DNA of 64,000 bases, from the NCBI GenBank assembly GCA_030704615.1, contig CM060733.1, positions 56,420,001-56,484,000 of the forward strand. The letters run 5' to 3'. The DNA comes from Takakia lepidozioides (taxonomy: Eukaryota; Plantae; Bryophyta). The position numbers and the translations under genes are program-made. Positions 63,540 to 64,000 of this stretch are shown here, piece after piece. How positions within the stretch are numbered: the first letter of the stretch is position 1; every line of letters starts with the position of its first letter. The notes under the pieces are model-generated. The model was given only the letters and a program-made list of their open reading frames with translations. It did no database searches and was not told the origin of the DNA.

Positions 63540-64000
63540 CAATGAATGAAGCAAGACACTAGCATCTTTCCAAGAAAACATACATCATACATCTCAACAG
63601 CCTCCCTGCCATACTCATGCGGAGCATATGCTGCAATCATGGTCCTCCATGAAACCACATCATGTTGTGTCATATTGTCACCTGCGAGATGCGGCGTAGA
63701 TGTTGGATAGCAGCACATAACCTGCATGGTGGTTGGGATCGCACTTGAGAAGAGATTTTGCTGCATGTTCTGCTACCTCCACATCCCCATGAATTCTGGC
63801 AACAGCAAGCAAGGTCCCTCAAACCAGAGCATCTGGTTCAATTGGCATTTTGTTGATGAACTCGTCTGCCTCATCTCATCGGCCTACACGGCCAAGAAGG
63901 TCTATGATGCAGCAAAAATGCTCCACTGTAGGAGTGAGGCCGTGATCTCTACTCATGGAACCAAACAAGTGGTGGTCTTCATCCACCAGGCCTACATGCC
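63540..64000 (-). pseudogene. PLS-E class PPR pseudogene fragment (continues beyond the window)
   Basis: EHFCCIIDLLGRVGR...ADEFINKMPIEPDALV*GTLLA...IHGDVEVAEHAA and DVVSWRTMIAAY, with stops. Confidence 0.85.

Overview
Eukaryotic nuclear DNA from a non-seed land plant, probably a bryophyte. This is inferred from spliced plant genes, TTTAGGG-type repeats, PLS-class PPR remnants and an intronless microbial-type terpene synthase. Host genes: a multi-exon F-box/LRR gene (FBXL15/SLOMO-like, +, 4616-19629); mitochondrial ATP synthase subunit g (-) head-to-head with a U11/U12-65K-like gene (+); an F-box gene with a premature stop; an RPT4 fragment; an intact MTPSL gene; and a decayed PPR cluster. Introns and intergenic DNA carry many (GA/TC)n-associated RTEX-like LINE 3' ends, a split and inverted RNaseH+RLE (Dualen-like) LINE, SINE-like elements, hAT MITEs and CACTA ends. 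The main discovery is a 7.7-kb retroelement (28628-36304) nested in hAT MITEs. It encodes decayed gag/Zn-knuckles, an aspartic protease and a DNMT3-like cytosine methyltransferase, plus a captured AP2/ERF fragment. Its LTRs are circularly permuted (A1-internal-B1-GC-A2-T-B2). A self-priming PBS and a PPT mark one pair of ends, while integration (TGTC...GACA, 4-bp TSD TTCT) used a different palindromic site, GACA^GC^TGTC, inside the LTR. This suggests integration of a 2-LTR circle opened at an internal att site.
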